From the NCBI GenBank assembly GCA_951406725.2, contig OX597831.1, positions 45,570,001 to 45,634,000 on the forward strand: DNA of 64,000 bases. Reading direction: 5' to 3'. Below, piece by piece: positions 13,189 to 26,760 of the stretch. The notes under the pieces were generated by a model. It ran no database searches. It was given only the letters and a program-made list of their open reading frames with translations, and was not told where the DNA came from. Both the position numbers and the translations under genes were made by a program. Every line of letters starts with the position of its first letter. The stretch's first letter is position 1. This DNA comes from Octopus vulgaris (lineage: Eukaryota).

Positions 13189-15849
13189 ACACCACCCTCA
13201 TAGAAGCAGCAACACAAAGGAAATCAGGAGCAACATCAACGGCAGAATGAAGCTCTAACAAGATCAGCAACTGCAACGGCAATTTCTGTAGCTAGTAACC
13301 ACCAAAGCAACGGCAACAATGTCGCAAAAACATCAACGTTAGAAGCAACAACAAAAGAAACACTGACCTCAAGAACCAGCATATCACCAATATCATCTAA
13401 GTATTGACGTTGTGGCTATCAGTAAACTCAGACTTTCCGATCTATGAGCCATACTCATTTTTGGTGGGTACCAGATTTACTTATCTCCATGTCAACCGAG
13501 AAAGTGGGGGTAGAACTGCGATATTGTTCCGGAGAAGTCTGGATCTCAAGATAAGAGCCATCTTTCTGGATCCAGAGGGTAAGTTGGTGGTCCTGGATGT
13601 GAGCAGTAGCGACGGGTGTGCTTTCAGATAAATGGCTGTTTATGCACCGAAAGGAACAGGCCAGCAGGGTTTCTTCAGACATCTGGAGGTTTCCTGGGAA
13701 CATCTCAACTTTTTGTACTAGTGAGCAACTGGAACGCCATCTTGGATGCACGTTTAGATTGTGTGGCGGTAGCTGTTAGAAGAGGAGAGTACAAGAGCCT
13801 TGCAAATCTGCTCACAGACTTCCAGCTGTCTGACAAGGTACCGACAGGATATCTTGAATATACCAAACAGATGTGGACGAACCGCATTGGGTCATTTAGG
13901 TTGTATCTAGATAGAGTTTTTGTGGGCCAATAGATAAGGATAGCTTAATTTGTCCATTCTTCAAAATCGCCGGCGACACAGACCTCAAATTTGTGGTCTG
14001 TACGGTCGACCTAGATAGGCTTAGAAGGCAGGGAGTTTGTCACTCCCGATATGCCAAGCTTACAGAGACCAGAGTAACGAATTAGTTCAATGAGTGTTAA
14101 CCGAGTCAATCGTTAAGAATAAATGGTGGTTTGCACTAAAAAGGGCAATTAGAGTAGAATCAATTAGGTTTAGTAAAGCATTAGCGATAGAAAGAAATAG
14201 AATGGAAGGAAACTTAGTTGGGAACTTAGAAAAGGTGCTTAGGAAAGGTATCGTAATCGATGTACACGCAGCAGGATTAACCCTTGACTAATTCTTCAAC
14301 TCTAAACACGAAGGTTGCGTGGTCAGAGTTACAGCAACTGCTCTATGACACGTGGGTACGAAATCCTCTCGATGAGCCCGAGTTTCGGAGGCGCAGCGTG
14401 GCAACAAAGTCACAATACAATCTTTGGTAGACGAAATTGTGTTCATGTTACTCTCCCGAGCAGATGAGTGCGGCGTTTCAGCAATAATTCACTCAACTGT
14501 TTGGGACAAATAGTAGACCAGAACGAAATATGGACTTCAGTGCCTACCTTCGCAGCATGCCTCGAATTTCAGCAAGGGAAGCGAAACGCTGCGAAAAGGT
14601 AATAATAGCCGCAGAAATACTAGATGCAGTGATTAGCTGTATGGTGTTCAAATCGCCTGGTTTGGATGGTCTGCCTTAAAAGCTTTACTTTTATATGACG
14701 GACTTGTTTGGAAGCCACTTAGCAGATAGCTACTGCAACTGGCAGCGGAACAGGAGAATTCTAAGTTATTGGAGTCGAGGAGTGGTGGCACTGCTTGGAA
14801 AGAACCCAAACAAGGAGGATCAAATAGAAAATATTAATCCCATTATTCTACTAAACGCAAATTTCAAAATTTTAGCCATTGCTTCAGCAAAGAGGTTGGC
14901 GCTTGTTGTTGAGGAACTGATTGGTGATGCGTAAACGTGCGCCATCCCAAGTAGATCTATCCATGACAACTTCAACCTTATGCGATACATGAAACACAGG
15001 GTAGCTAAAGAACCTGGCATAGGTGGTGTCTTGATCAATTTGGATCTTAAAAAATCTTTTGATAGGGTCGACCCCCAGTACTTGGCGACCCTTCTCTCGG
15101 CGGCTAGTTTTGATCCCATTTTCCGTGGTTGGATTGCAGCAATGTACAGCAACATATGTTAGGTAGCTCGAGTAAATAATTACCTACAAGAACCATTCAG
15201 CATCATCCGCTCGGTCTGCCAAGTTTGTCTCGTCTTATCTCTTTTGTATGTACTGACTCCAGAGTCACTTCTGGGTAAATTGGAGACGTTGAGAGACATC
15301 CTGTGCGAGCTAGGACGTGGGAGATCTGAATCGATGCGGAGACTGTATCACCGTCATAGTGTCAGACATCAAGCACATAGACCTGATCGGCACTCCACTA
15401 AAAGAATGTGAGGTGGTGACAGAAGCAAGAATTAATCAAGAAAAGTCAATGGGCCTACAGCTCGGGACCTGGAGAGACAGATCCATGCCGTCCAATAACG
15501 TTGTGGAACACTGGGAGGAAGGACGGGCTGTTGTTGTTGTTGTTGTTGTTGTTAAGCAACAAGACGGGTAAGAGTGATTAGGTGATGGTCTAGGGCTTAG
15601 AGGCGGGAGACCCCAGTCCTTGGAAAAAAAAAACTTTGGTCGTCTTGTAGCCGAGGGCTCTTCGTTGACGCCCGACACCACTGGGAGGTGGCCCTCGAAG
15701 TTGCTGGAAATGGAGATCTCCAGGTCCAACTTCTTGAACGGCGGAAGGACGGGCTGAAATGCTTGGGGTTTGGCTTGGTCCAGTTCTCCGGTTGGAGAAG
15801 AACTGGGACGAGATAACGAGCAAGGTGGCTAATCTCAGCAAAAAAGCAT

Positions 15850-18690
15850 TGAAAATATACCCACCACAGTCACAGATATACCTTCAGCATCACCAACTCC
15901 CGAGCACCACAATCGTCAACACATCTATCTCTATCACAATAGATCCCCCAACACTACCACAACTTCCACAACTCAAAAGGAAAACGCTCCTAACAGCAAC
16001 AATCAACTACACAAGCGCAAAAACTTCGTGCGAGAGAGGAGGGCCAACAAAGAATTGATAACTCTCATAGCACGAAAGAAGGACATCGAGAGAAAAGGTG
16101 AGATCTTCGGCACCAGCGCCATTCAAGTGCCAGAAACACAGATGATGGTGCAAAAGCCTCTGGAAACGTATAAAAAGATTAGGGAAAGTTTCCCTCACGA
16201 TGTGGGATTCCCTATAGTAAAAGACACGATTAGGCTTTTAAGGAGGTTCCCAAAAGAACCACAACAAGTTATGGATGTTGAACACTCAGCGACACCCAGT
16301 GAGAAAGTAGACCTCCCCACCCCTTTGTTTCTTCTCCAAACTCTTTCTGGTCATCATAGTGGATTAAAGGATAGTTTGTATAAATATTCGTGTCCTGGGG
16401 TCGCTCTGGAAGCAAGGTCGCCGACTCAACTACATCCAGCTATGGATGTGACGGTCACCAGCGAAAACAGGATTTCCGATACACACGATCTAGGGCCTAT
16501 TTTTGATGATTTTGAGATCTATACATCTCTTAGTCGTCCCGCACGTCATTCTTTCAAAGACCAGGTTAGCAAGTTAGTCCATCGGAAGTTGTCGCGCAGT
16601 CATCAACAACCGATGGTGGATGACCAGGAAAAGGGCTATTAGAATAGATGCAATAGAGTTTAGTAAAGAAATAGTTTCAGAGAAATCTAGGATAGAGGTA
16701 GATTTAGTTAGAAAGCTATAAGAGGCGCTTAAAAGTGCCATAGCGACCGACGAGGTGGCGACCTTGCTTCCAGAGCGACCCCAGGCCACGGAGGTTGCAT
16801 TGTGAGATCTAGGGCACGTGCGCTTAGACACGAGAGAAAGAAAGCCGTTCGATGGACCCGGGTGGCAGAGGTGCATCGTGGCAACAAAGTCACGATTCGG
16901 TCTTTGACGGGACGGGACGGGGGCATGCTACTCGAATCCAAGCAAATAAATGCAGAATTTCAGCGACACTTTGCTGATCTCTCCGAAGCGCGCGTTGAAT
17001 CGGAGATGATGGTGGATTTTTACTTCTTACCTCGATGGCATGTCGCGCCTTTCGGCCAGGGATGCAGAATTCTGCGAAATGCCGATGACAGCTGAAGACA
17101 AACGGGATGCGATGACCAGATGCACAAGGGAGAAGTCTCTGGGGCTGAATAATCTGCTCTTTGAGCTTTATTTTCATATGTCAGTGTCGGATATTTCGGA
17201 AACTGAGTTGATAGGCACTGCCTTAAGGGAGTCCCGGAACGGCGACAAGAACAAAGGTTAACCAGAAGTCAGTGGTCCTGCAGTTCGGCACCTGGAGAGG
17301 TAAGTCCATGCCGCCCAACAGAGTCATAGGGCGCTGGACCGAAGCAAATGTTAAATTGTTAGGGATCTGTTTTGGTCCAGACTTCCAGGTGGACAAGAAC
17401 TGGGGACAGGTGACGAGAAGGTGGCCAATCTCACCCAGAAATGGGCAGAGCGAAAAGTGTCCCTGAAGGGTCGGGCGGAGGTGTAGAATGCGTACATCAC
17501 TCCCGACATTTATTACCGCCTGACAATCATCCCTTGCTCTGCTTTGTGGCTGGAGCGTTTGTTCTGTTTTCTGTTGAAAGGACGTGTTCCGCTCGGCAGA
17601 CGGTCCATCTCCTGCCGTGGATATTGGTTGCGTCGAGACTGTGGCATCACCAGCATTTCCTTGGTGGTGAGCAGCTGTGGTCGCAGGTTTGTCAGACAAG
17701 ATTTTCCGCAGCTCGTCGCATTGACGGAGCGACAGTCCTAGACCAAGCGAATACTGAGAAAGGGCACTTGGCGCCTGAAGTGTCAGTAACGTTCACAGCT
17801 CTCTGTCACTCGGGTAACGAATCAGTGGAAGTTCCACATTGGAGTTATATAGGAGATTAATGGCGGACACGATCGACGACATCGTCGGGGAAACTCTGGG
17901 TGTCGGGAAGGATCAATTAGCTGGTCTTTTTCGGAGGGCTTTCGAGCCAGGGTATACGGATAGTTTCCAGAAATCCCAGACCTGACAGTGTTATCAGGGA
18001 TCTCTCCCGGTTCAAGACAAGCTCGATAGGCTTGTGAGAAGGACATATCCGAGATGTTCGCTTCGCAGGGTGATGAAACCGTTCTGCATACACTCGTCCA
18101 GCGTCATAGCATTGCCGACTTGTGGAGCTCTGTCAAATAGCCGTTTACACGTGTAGGACTGGTCCAGTTATCAGCCGAATCCATCGTAAGGAATGCCCCG
18201 CCGCCTTCTTTTGGCCGAGAAGGGAAGGTAGTTTTCCTCTGTCTGGTGGCTATGGCGAAAGGGGGAGTGTGATAGGTGAGGTTGAAAGAACTGAAAACAA
18301 ATACTTTCAGCTTCGATCAAGCTCTCATCAACTTTTTCAAGATCCACTTGAAAAAAGAAAGTGAGGGTGGAGAAGGAAGTGCTTCCATCCTGTGTTTTTT
18401 TGTTGAAAGGTGCGTGAATATAGAAACGATGGCCTGTAGGCCGGAGAGAAGAGAGAGGAGAGGGGTCTCCGCCCGAGGTGTCTGTGGCGTTCGGGATGTC
18501 CGTGATGTGTGGGGTTCCTTGGTCGCCCCTGGCTGGAGCTTCCTGCTTTTGGGGAATTTTATTATTCGAATTGTTATTGTCAATTGTTATTGATTTTACT
18601 CCTTACACGCACTATATATAAATCCCCACTTTCTTTTGAGTTGAATCGGCCTTTGTTTCTGTGTGCGGCCCCTGTAGCCAATAAAGAGAG
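15850..18690 (+). mobile_element. Second decayed, internally deleted Tx1/L1-clade LINE with 3' UTR
   Basis: GCIVRSRARALR...GNKVTIRSL, EKSLGLNNLLFELY and LQFGTWRGKSMP parallel the first copy and the 62861 frame. The 3' end GTGTGCGGCCCCTGTAGCCAATAAAGA resembles 62805-62836. Confidence 0.85.
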
Positions 18691-18716
18691 GATTGTTGTT
18701 GTTGTTGTTGTTGTGA

Positions 18717-18860
18717 AGGTGGCGAGCTGGCAGAATCGTGGTGGCGGAAGTGGGGTAGCAAAATGGTTAACGCATCGGGCAAAACGCCTACAGATATTTC
18801 TTCCGATTCATTACGTTCTGAGTTCAAATTTTGCCGGGATCAACTTAACCTTTCATCCTC
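18717..18860 (+). mobile_element. SINE family B, diverged partial copy
   Basis: GGCGAGCTGGCAGAATCG head and TTACGTTCTGAGTTCAAAT. Confidence 0.75.
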
Positions 18861-19294
18861 TCACCCTCAAACCTAGTGGCTTTGTGCCAAAATTGTTATT
18901 ATTTGCTTTCGCGCAATCTTTGTTTCCGTTTCTGACTGATGACATTTATTTGTGTTGAAACAAATATGTATTTATTTACTCGTGGCATATCCTATTCACC
19001 ACAACTTTTCCCTATGTATATGCGTCCATTTCTAAAATGGCATGGTAAGTTATGAAGGCAATTTAGCTGCAAATTATAACAGGATACTCAACAATGTAGC
19101 GATTCGTTGGTTAGTTCATATTGTATACAAAAGCAACAGTTATACTTTTCCGAATAGTGTACAATAAGGATTCATTCTCTCACACCCCTCTTTTCAACTA
19201 ATGCCTACCCAATTTACCCCCACAACACAAGCAGATGACATCACACTCATATCATCTCACTAATATTGAAATGCAGCTACACAACTGCCCCAAT

Positions 19295-19829
19295 TCTTTT
19301 CATCCTTTTGGTAGGGATGCAAAAGGCATTGTGTTTATTGGCTATCTTCAAAAGATCAACCTCATCAATGGAGAGTAACTATGCCAACTTGCTGAGGTAG
19401 TTACGAAAGGCTAACAAAACCAGATGTCCAGGAAAACTAACGAAAGGAGCCTTGTTTCATCAGGACAATGCTCCAACATACATGCCCTTGGTTTTAATGG
19501 TTGCTGTGCGTGACTGTGACTCTGAACTGGTTGACCACCCATCGTATTCTCCTGATTTTACCCCATCTGACCATCATCTGTTTCCCCAACATGAAAAAGC
19601 ACTTGGCTGGGAACCAATACCGCAGTGATGATGACGTCATATCTGCTGCTGCTGCTACTGCAGATACCAATTACTTTTGAAGTTTTCTTTGAACAGTCAG
19701 ATGTCAGTTTACATGGAAAGATATAATGCATTTGTTAATAAGAAGAGTTGAAATTACTGCATGCACGATTTCACAGCTCTAGCATCTCTCCTTCATAGTC
19801 AGCGTAAGAACTTTTCACCACTCTCGTAT
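19295..19829 (+). pseudogene. Mariner transposase remnant (catalytic half)
   Basis: DAKGIVFIGYL, LFHQDNAP, DHPSYSPDFTPSDHHLFP with stops and frameshifts. TIR-like end ACTTTTCACCACTCTCG-TA. Confidence 0.85.
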
Positions 19830-19879
19830 GAAGTGGAATGAATTCAACAGCTTCAAATGCTTAACTGCTTACCTTTTTT

Positions 19880-20285
19880 TCTTTTTTACCATTTAATTGT
19901 TTCAGTCATATGACAGCGGCCATGCTGGGACACCGCCTTGAAGAATTTTTAGTACTTTTAGAATTTTTAGTACTTTTAAAAAAGAAAAAAAAACTGGTAC
20001 TTATTCTATCGGTCTCTTTTGTCAAACCGCTAGGTTACGGAAACATAAACACACCAAGCGGTGGTGAGGAGACAGACACAAACACAAGCACACACATACA
20101 CACACACATATATATATATATACACGACAGGCTTCTTGTAAGTTTCCGTCTATCAAATCCACTCACAAGGATTTGGTCAGCCCGAGGTTATAGTAGAAGC
20201 AGCTTACCCAAGGTGTCACGCAGTGAGACCGAACTGGAAACCATGTGGTTGGGAAGCAAACCTCATACATCACAACAACGCCTTT
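19880..20285 (-). mobile_element. SINE family A
   Basis: Reverse complement of the family A consensus. Confidence 0.85.
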
Positions 20286-20354
20286 TACTCACAAACAATC
20301 ATATACGCAAAGACTCGTAATATATTATAAATATTGATAAATAATAAATATATA

Positions 20355-20897
20355 TAGTATTGACTCTATATATGAGTAAATTTGTTCCCGGGGACCGCTT
20401 GTAAAGCAAAAACTCGTAAAGCAGAGCAATAATTTCTCATGCTAGCAATGTTATAAATCGTAATTCGCTCCCAGAACAATATTTTGCCTATAAGATTTAT
20501 AATACTCGTAAATAAATGACAATAAAACAACAGTAGAATGTAAAGAATATTTTATGTAAAGTAAAAAGAATGTCAAGATCATTTATTATTAAAAAAACAT
20601 TATTATTATAATCGTTTTCTGAATCACTTTCACTTGCTCTATACTCGCGAACACCATCACTTGTAGATATGATCACTGATTCACAAGCACTCGTAGACTT
20701 TTTTTTCTTTCGCTCTATAAATTTCTCTGTAACATGCAGAAGCATTTGTTATGGTAGTAGAAACTGTTGTACTTCACTTCGAAATTTGGATCTTGTGCTT
20801 GAAAAATTTCAGCTCACCATACAAAATTGAGCAGCAAAATAAAACTCGAAAACCCGGGGTATCGTTAAGCGGGACCCCGTAAAGTGAGGAATTACTG
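20355..20897. mobile_element. Decayed Tigger/pogo-like MITE
   Basis: Right end CGTAAAGTGAGGAATTACTG-TA and repeated CTCGTAAAGC motifs. Left boundary uncertain. Confidence 0.5.
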
Positions 20898-20926
20898 TAC
20901 TAGTTATATCCATACAAGACTAAATA

Positions 20927-21435
20927 CCATAAATCCTCGAGTATAGTCCGCCCTTGAGTATAATACGCAGGGGATTTTTAGGGGGCTGTACCTCTGAAAA
21001 GCCTAATACGCACCCCTTCTCTAACTTGAGTCATGCGTAATTAAGCCAGCAGCACCTAGTCGGACAAACGCTTCCGCGCATGCATAATATAATAATGGTG
21101 ATGTTCTTAACTGTTATATGGGAATGTAAATATGTTTGCAAATTGTTTTTATTACATGTTATTCAGTGTTCTGAATATTTTTATTTTAATAAATGTTGCT
21201 TACTGCAAGTTATGGATGATTCTTTTATGACTTCATTGCTTTCAGGCTTAGCTTAAGGTATTTTTGCGCCCGACATCACAAAATGCGTCTGAATAAACAT
21301 TGCCGGACAGCAAATAGAGACTCGGACATTGCTTAGAAACTATTTTTCATTTTTAACCTCGTATATAGTACGCACTAGGGATTTTGAACTTTAAATTTTG
21401 TAGAAAAAATGCGGATTTTACTCGAGAATTTACGG
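20927..21435. mobile_element. Tigger/pogo-like MITE with TA TSD
   Basis: Terminal inverted repeats TA-CCATAAATCCTCGAGTATAGTCCGC ... GCGGATTTTACTCGAGAATTTACGG-TA. Confidence 0.85.
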
Positions 21436-21850
21436 TACATGTGGATATAAATCAAAGTTGCTTATATATTTATTCATAATCCATGTTGTAATTAATGTTG
21501 GTGGTTTTCTAGGAAATATGATTTAATAATTTAATAAGCTCAACTGTACATTAAGGGGATAAGGAAACAAACAAAAAAAAAAGAATGAAAATGAAAACAA
21601 AAGACAGTAATGGTAACTTTTTAAGATTTACTTCCTAAAATCTGGCACGTAGACACGGACGTGAGAGGTTTTTGACATTTAGAAAAATACTGTAAAGTAA
21701 TTATTGTTGTATTACATACATACATACATACATGCATGCATGCATACATACATACATACATACATACATACATACATACATACGTACGTACGTACGTATA
21801 TGTGTGTGTGCCTATGTAAATTATGTGTGTAATGTATGTATGTATATGTA

Positions 21851-21899
<49 letters not shown>

Positions 21900-21917
21900 A
21901 TGCATGTATGTATGTAT

Positions 21918-22245
21918 GAAGGCGCATGGCTCAGTGGTTAGAGCGTCGAGCTTACGATCGTGAGGTTGTGAGCTCGAATCCCGGAGCAGCTGTGTATAGG
22001 CGCAGGAGTGGCTGTGTATAGGCGCAGGAGTGGCTGTGTATAGGCGCAGGAGTGGCTGTGTATAGGCGCAGGAGTGGCTGTATGGCAAGTAGATTGCTTA
22101 CCAACCACATGACTCCGGGTTCAGTCCCACTGTGTGACACATTGGGAAAGTGTCCTCTACTATAGCCTCGGGCCGACCAAAACCTTGTGAGTGGATTTGG
22201 TAGACGGAAACTGAAAGAAGCCCGTCGTATATATGTGTGTATGTG

Positions 22246-22329
<84 letters not shown>

Positions 22330-22485
22330 CCTTCACTTGTCAACCGAAGTTGGTGTGTTTACGTCCCCGTAACTTAGCGGCTCGGCAAAAGAGACCGATG
22401 GAATAAGTACTAGGCTTACAAAGAATAAGTCTTGGGGTCAATTTGTTCGACTAAAGTCGATGCTCCAACATAACCGCAGTCGACT
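21918..22485 (+). mobile_element. Family C head followed by a family A SINE whose first 22 bp are quadruplicated
   Basis: C head at 21918-21985. GGCGCAGGAGTGGCTGTGTATA starts at 21999, 22021, 22043 and 22065, followed by the family A body. Confidence 0.85.
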
Positions 22486-22583
22486 ATATTGTAGAGATAG
22501 AAATAGAAACTCCTTGGTACAGCATTATATATTGAAAGAAAATTAATAAAAATGGCTTTTCTGATAATTTTTCCATTATAATA

Positions 22584-22846
22584 CAGCAAACCCTCGACTA
22601 TTGTGGGTGTCACGTGCCTAAAGTCCCGGCGATAGTTGAAAATCAACGAAGTAGAAACAGTACTGTATTGTATATTTTTTTAATTACTTTTATGATTTGT
22701 ATATAATAATTTTATTATAAATGCAAAACAATATTGCGAGAACTCGGCGTAAGCTTAAAAAATATACCGCGATTGGTGAACCGCGATAGGTGAACCGCGA
22801 CTGGTGAACCGTGATAGGTGAACCGCGATATGACGTGAGATTACTG
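22584..22846. mobile_element. Tigger/pogo-like MITE with internal 14-bp tandem (CCGCGATAGGTGAA)
   Basis: TA-CAGCAAACCCTCG ... GTGAGATTACTG-TA, with more than 4 tandem 14-mers at about 22767-22830. Confidence 0.75.
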
Positions 22847-23372
22847 TACTTAGATGTTTATAAATCATTAAGCGTTTACAAATTGTGACTCTATTGTGAC
22901 TTCTTTCATTTAAAAGCGGTTTCCAAACTGATATTTTAGAGTTTGTTTTAATAGTCTTGAATTTCCATCTGTGTAGGTAGGGCTGTTGAACTACGGACGG
23001 ACACACACACACACACAACAAACACATACACACTCGCCTACAAACACATATAGGCATATTCCTACACACACAAACAGACACACATAAAAAATCCATGCAT
23101 ATACATACATATACTTAATGAAGTAGATTTAAAATAAAAAATAAAATTATAGGTTGGTCTGTTTCAAGTTGAAATGGTGACATAAAGTATATGTTAAGTA
23201 GAAGCACGTCTATCACATATAGTTACTCACACACACACACACACACACACACATGTATATATATATTTAGTATACGCATAGTATACACGCACACATGCAA
23301 CACACATATACACACACATACACATGCTCATATATACATACTCGCATGTATATGAATACACAGACCCATATA

Positions 23373-23411
<39 letters not shown>

Positions 23412-23439
23412 GTTATATTTCGGGATGGTCATTTGTTTT

Positions 23440-24600
23440 GGCAAATAAACACACGCCCTATATATTCGTCCTTCACTTCAGCTTTATTATTGCTCTTATT
23501 TCTGTGTCCTTTGTCTGAAATCTTTCGTCACACCTCCTGTGACCTCTTCAGCGACTCTCCATCCCACGTGTCTCCTATCCTGTTTAGTCCATTCTGTCTT
23601 TCTCTGTTGTGTATCCTTATCTGTGTGTGCGTTTGCGCTTGTATCTATGGGGGTGTGTGTGTACGTGTGTCGAGGGGGTCTATTTTGTCTGTGTCTGTTA
23701 TGGGGGTGTCTGTTTTGTGTGTGCGTGTATGGGTGTGCTTACTATACGGTTTGTACTCGTGTCCTTTACTGAAATTTATTTATTTATTTATTCATTTATT
23801 TCTCTATTTTGTTCTCATTCCGTCTAAAGTATGTGCATATGTGTGTATGTGTGTCGTGTGTGTCTAAATTATGTGTGTTTGTGTGTATGTATGTCTTGAG
23901 TTTATGTATTACGCTGTTTGTATTTGTGCCTTTTTTTATTCTGTCTTTAGTCATCATGTTGCGTAGTCTGGCTGAGTCGTGTTATTGTTTCATTCATGTT
24001 TTCTGTTGAGGCTCGATCTGTTTACTACTATGTGTGTGGCCGCTGTAATCTAAGTGTCGTGTCTGTTCTATGTGTTATAAATGCTATGTGTTGATAATGG
24101 CTTAATATTTATGTTGTTAACAGAGCCGCTATGTTTTAAATGAGTATGTTGGTAGAGCACCTACGAACTTTTCTCCTCTTTGAGCTCCCTCCAGTGTACA
24201 CCTCTCCGCTCCCCTATGTTACGCGCTGTCTCCCCAATGTATGTTGTTGCCTTTTTTCTGCAACTGCCTTCAGTTACACCGTAAGCTGTCGACTACTTTC
24301 CTAATCTTACAGTTAACCAATGGGTTCATCCTACATACTGTACAGTTGATATCCGTACATGTGGGGCTTTTGAATGGAATGGTTCTACAGGTCAGGGATT
24401 TGATGGGGCTTCCTAGCCTTTCTACCACTTTAATCTGTAGATCTGCCTTATCTAAAGTTTTCCTAAAAAGGTACGCTAGTTCACTGACTCTTGGTATTTT
24501 TGGTTGTTATACCATTATTTAGCCTTATCTATCTTCTTTTTGGTCCTTTCTATACTATATCAAGATTTACTTCTCTATAGCGGGCAGATCCCATTTGCAT
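23440..24600 (-). mobile_element. Penelope-like element remnant (GIY-YIG endonuclease and 3' region)
   Basis: Minus frames read CTDINCTVC...VNCKIRKVV...LRC and TYIGETARNIGER. A hammerhead-like motif lies downstream at 23513-23555. Confidence 0.85.
23513..23555 (-). ncRNA. Minimal hammerhead-ribozyme-like motif (Penelope-associated)
   Basis: GTCG CTGAAGA G GTCACA-GGAGG-TGTGAC GAAA GATT TC AGAC: core boxes and a 6-bp stem II are intact, stems I and III are imperfect. Confidence 0.65.
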
Positions 24601-24606
24601 CACTCT

Positions 24607-25024
24607 CAGAAGTTTTGTTTTACGAAACTAAAGAATATATTTAAATCGTCATCGCAAAAGTATTATACAATAATATACAAAAGATTTTTTTCTCTAATCG
24701 AATGACCGGTTTCGCTGCAGCTTTTCAAATTTTGAGTGTTAGAAGCAATTCGAAAGGAGAAATTTTGTTTGTTAGAGGAGGATAATTGGTAATCAAGATA
24801 TTTTTCAGACATCCCCTTCACTTAAAAATACCTTGGTTACCAGTCATCCTCCCCTAACAAACAAAATTTCCCCTTTCGAATGGCATCTAACACTCAAAAT
24901 TTGAAAAGCTTCAGCAAAACCGGTCATTCGATTAGAGAAAACATCTTACTTTGAATAATATTGTATAATAGTTTTGCGATGACGATTTAAATATATTCTT
25001 TAGTCTTGTAAAACAAATCTTCTG
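24607..25024. repeat. Long inverted repeat (about 200-bp arms, 18-bp spacer), each arm carrying a variant hammerhead motif
   Basis: 24607-24805 is the diverged reverse complement of 24824-25024. Confidence 0.92.
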
Positions 25025-25196
25025 GGTTTTTTTTCATCTTATTTCTTTCCTTGTATATTCAACTACGTATAATCACCAACCATACTTTCTCACTTATGTG
25101 TGTATGTGTGTGTGTGTGTGCATGCATACATACATACATACATACATACATACATACATACATACATACATACATACATACATACATACATACTTA

Positions 25197-25731
25197 CAGG
25201 GTGTCCCCCAAAAATTGACATCATTTCGTAATCTAATAACAGCTTAAATTATCTCAAATTTTTACTAAATATGTAAAAACTAAGTTTGAATCAGGCTTGC
25301 CAATAATAATGACAATGTGCTGTTGAAATGGCCTCCACGTTCGCCTGACTGGAGACTTTGAGATTTTTTTTGCTATTGGGCTATGTGAAAGGAGTGGTCT
25401 ATATCCCACCTCTTTCTATAAGCCTAGAGGAACTCAAGCAGAAAATCACTGAGGTGCTGGAGAATGTTACGCAAGACATGCTACTGTATGTCTGGCAGAA
25501 GCAGGACTACCGACTTGACGTGTGTCGTGTCACTGGCGGTGAGCAGATTGAACATTTGTGAAGTTTTGTGAAATCGGTTATAAAATCTACATCCCTCTGA
25601 ATATGTTATTCGAATTTTGATAAATAAATATTTTATTGTTCAACATGAAGCCCATAAAGATTTCGTTTGGCTCGGACATGTAATTATTCAGATATTCACA
25701 TTTCAAATGTCAATTGTTTGGGGACACCCCG
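25197..25731 (+). mobile_element. Internally deleted IS630-Tc1-mariner element
   Basis: TA-CAGGGTGTCCCCCAAAAATTGACAT ... ATGTCAATTGTTTGGGGACACCCCG-TA. Residual WPPRSPD...FFLLGYVKGVVY...LEELKQKI. Confidence 0.88.
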
Positions 25732-25824
25732 TATATACATATACACACACACATACACACATATATACACATACACACACACACATACATGCATACATAT
25801 ATACGCACACATTCATGCATGCAC

Positions 25825-25870
<46 letters not shown>

Positions 25871-25871
25871 T

Positions 25872-26170
25872 TAGAGGCATATGGCCTAGTGGGTAGAGCA
25901 GCGGACTCGTGGTCGAGGGATCGCGGGTTTGAATCTCAGACCAGGCGATGTGTGTGTTTATGACCGAAACACCTCAGCTCCACGCGGATCCGGCAGAAGG
26001 TAATGGCGAACTTCTGCTGACTCTTTCGCCACAACTTTCTCGCACTCTTTCCTCCTGCATCTTGCAGCTCACTTGCGACAGACCGGCGTCCCGTCCAGGT
26101 GGGGAACCTATACGCCAAGGAAACCGGGAAACCGGCCCTTATGAGCCAGGGATGGCTCAAGAAGGAACAT
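25872..26170 (+). mobile_element. tRNA-derived SINE (family D-related)
   Basis: TGGCCTAGTGGGTAGAGC...GGTTTGAATCTC head and GCGACAGACCGGCGTCCCGTCCAGG domain. A related head occurs at 57084-57385. Confidence 0.8.
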
Positions 26171-26341
26171 TGAGAATTTTTGGTAACTTGGCATCTGAAG
26201 CAGCTGGTGAAACGACATCTTGATCAAAAACCAGGCTATTGCAAGCAAAAGCAAATATTGAAAAAATGCATTTGGCCAAATTTGGACATACGACAGTTTA
26301 ACATAATAGCAACGATATATATATATATATAAGAGCGTATA

Positions 26342-26760
26342 CTCTCTTTTACTTGTTTTAGTCATTTGACTGCGGCCATGCTGGAGCACCGCCTTTAGTC
26401 GAGCAAATCGACCCCGGGACTTATTCTTTGTAAGCCCAGTACTTATTCTATCGGTCTGTTTTGCCGAACCGCTAAGTTACGGGAACGTAAACACACCAGC
26501 AGTTACGGGAACGTAAACACACCAGTTGTCAAGCAATGCTAGGGGGACAAACACAGACACACAGACATATACACGCACACTTATATATATACATATATAC
26601 GACAGGCTTCTTTCAGTTTCCGTCTACCAAATCCACTCACAAGGCATTGGTCGGCCCGGGGCTATAGCAGAAGACACTTGCCCAAGATGCCACGCAGTGG
26701 GACTGAACCCGGAACCATGTGGTTGGTTAGCAAGCTACTTACCACACAGCCACTCCTGCG
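26342..26760 (-). mobile_element. SINE family A (left member of a near-identical inverted pair)
   Basis: Full-length reverse complement of the consensus. Confidence 0.92.

Noticed and set aside
16028-16642. 204-aa ORF as a novel protein
   Set aside because: Lies within the deleted Tx1 copy and includes endonuclease-like remnants.
21999-22085. CRISPR-like regular 22-bp repeat
   Set aside because: Contiguous tandem copies with no spacers, derived from the SINE head. Eukaryotic context with no cas genes.
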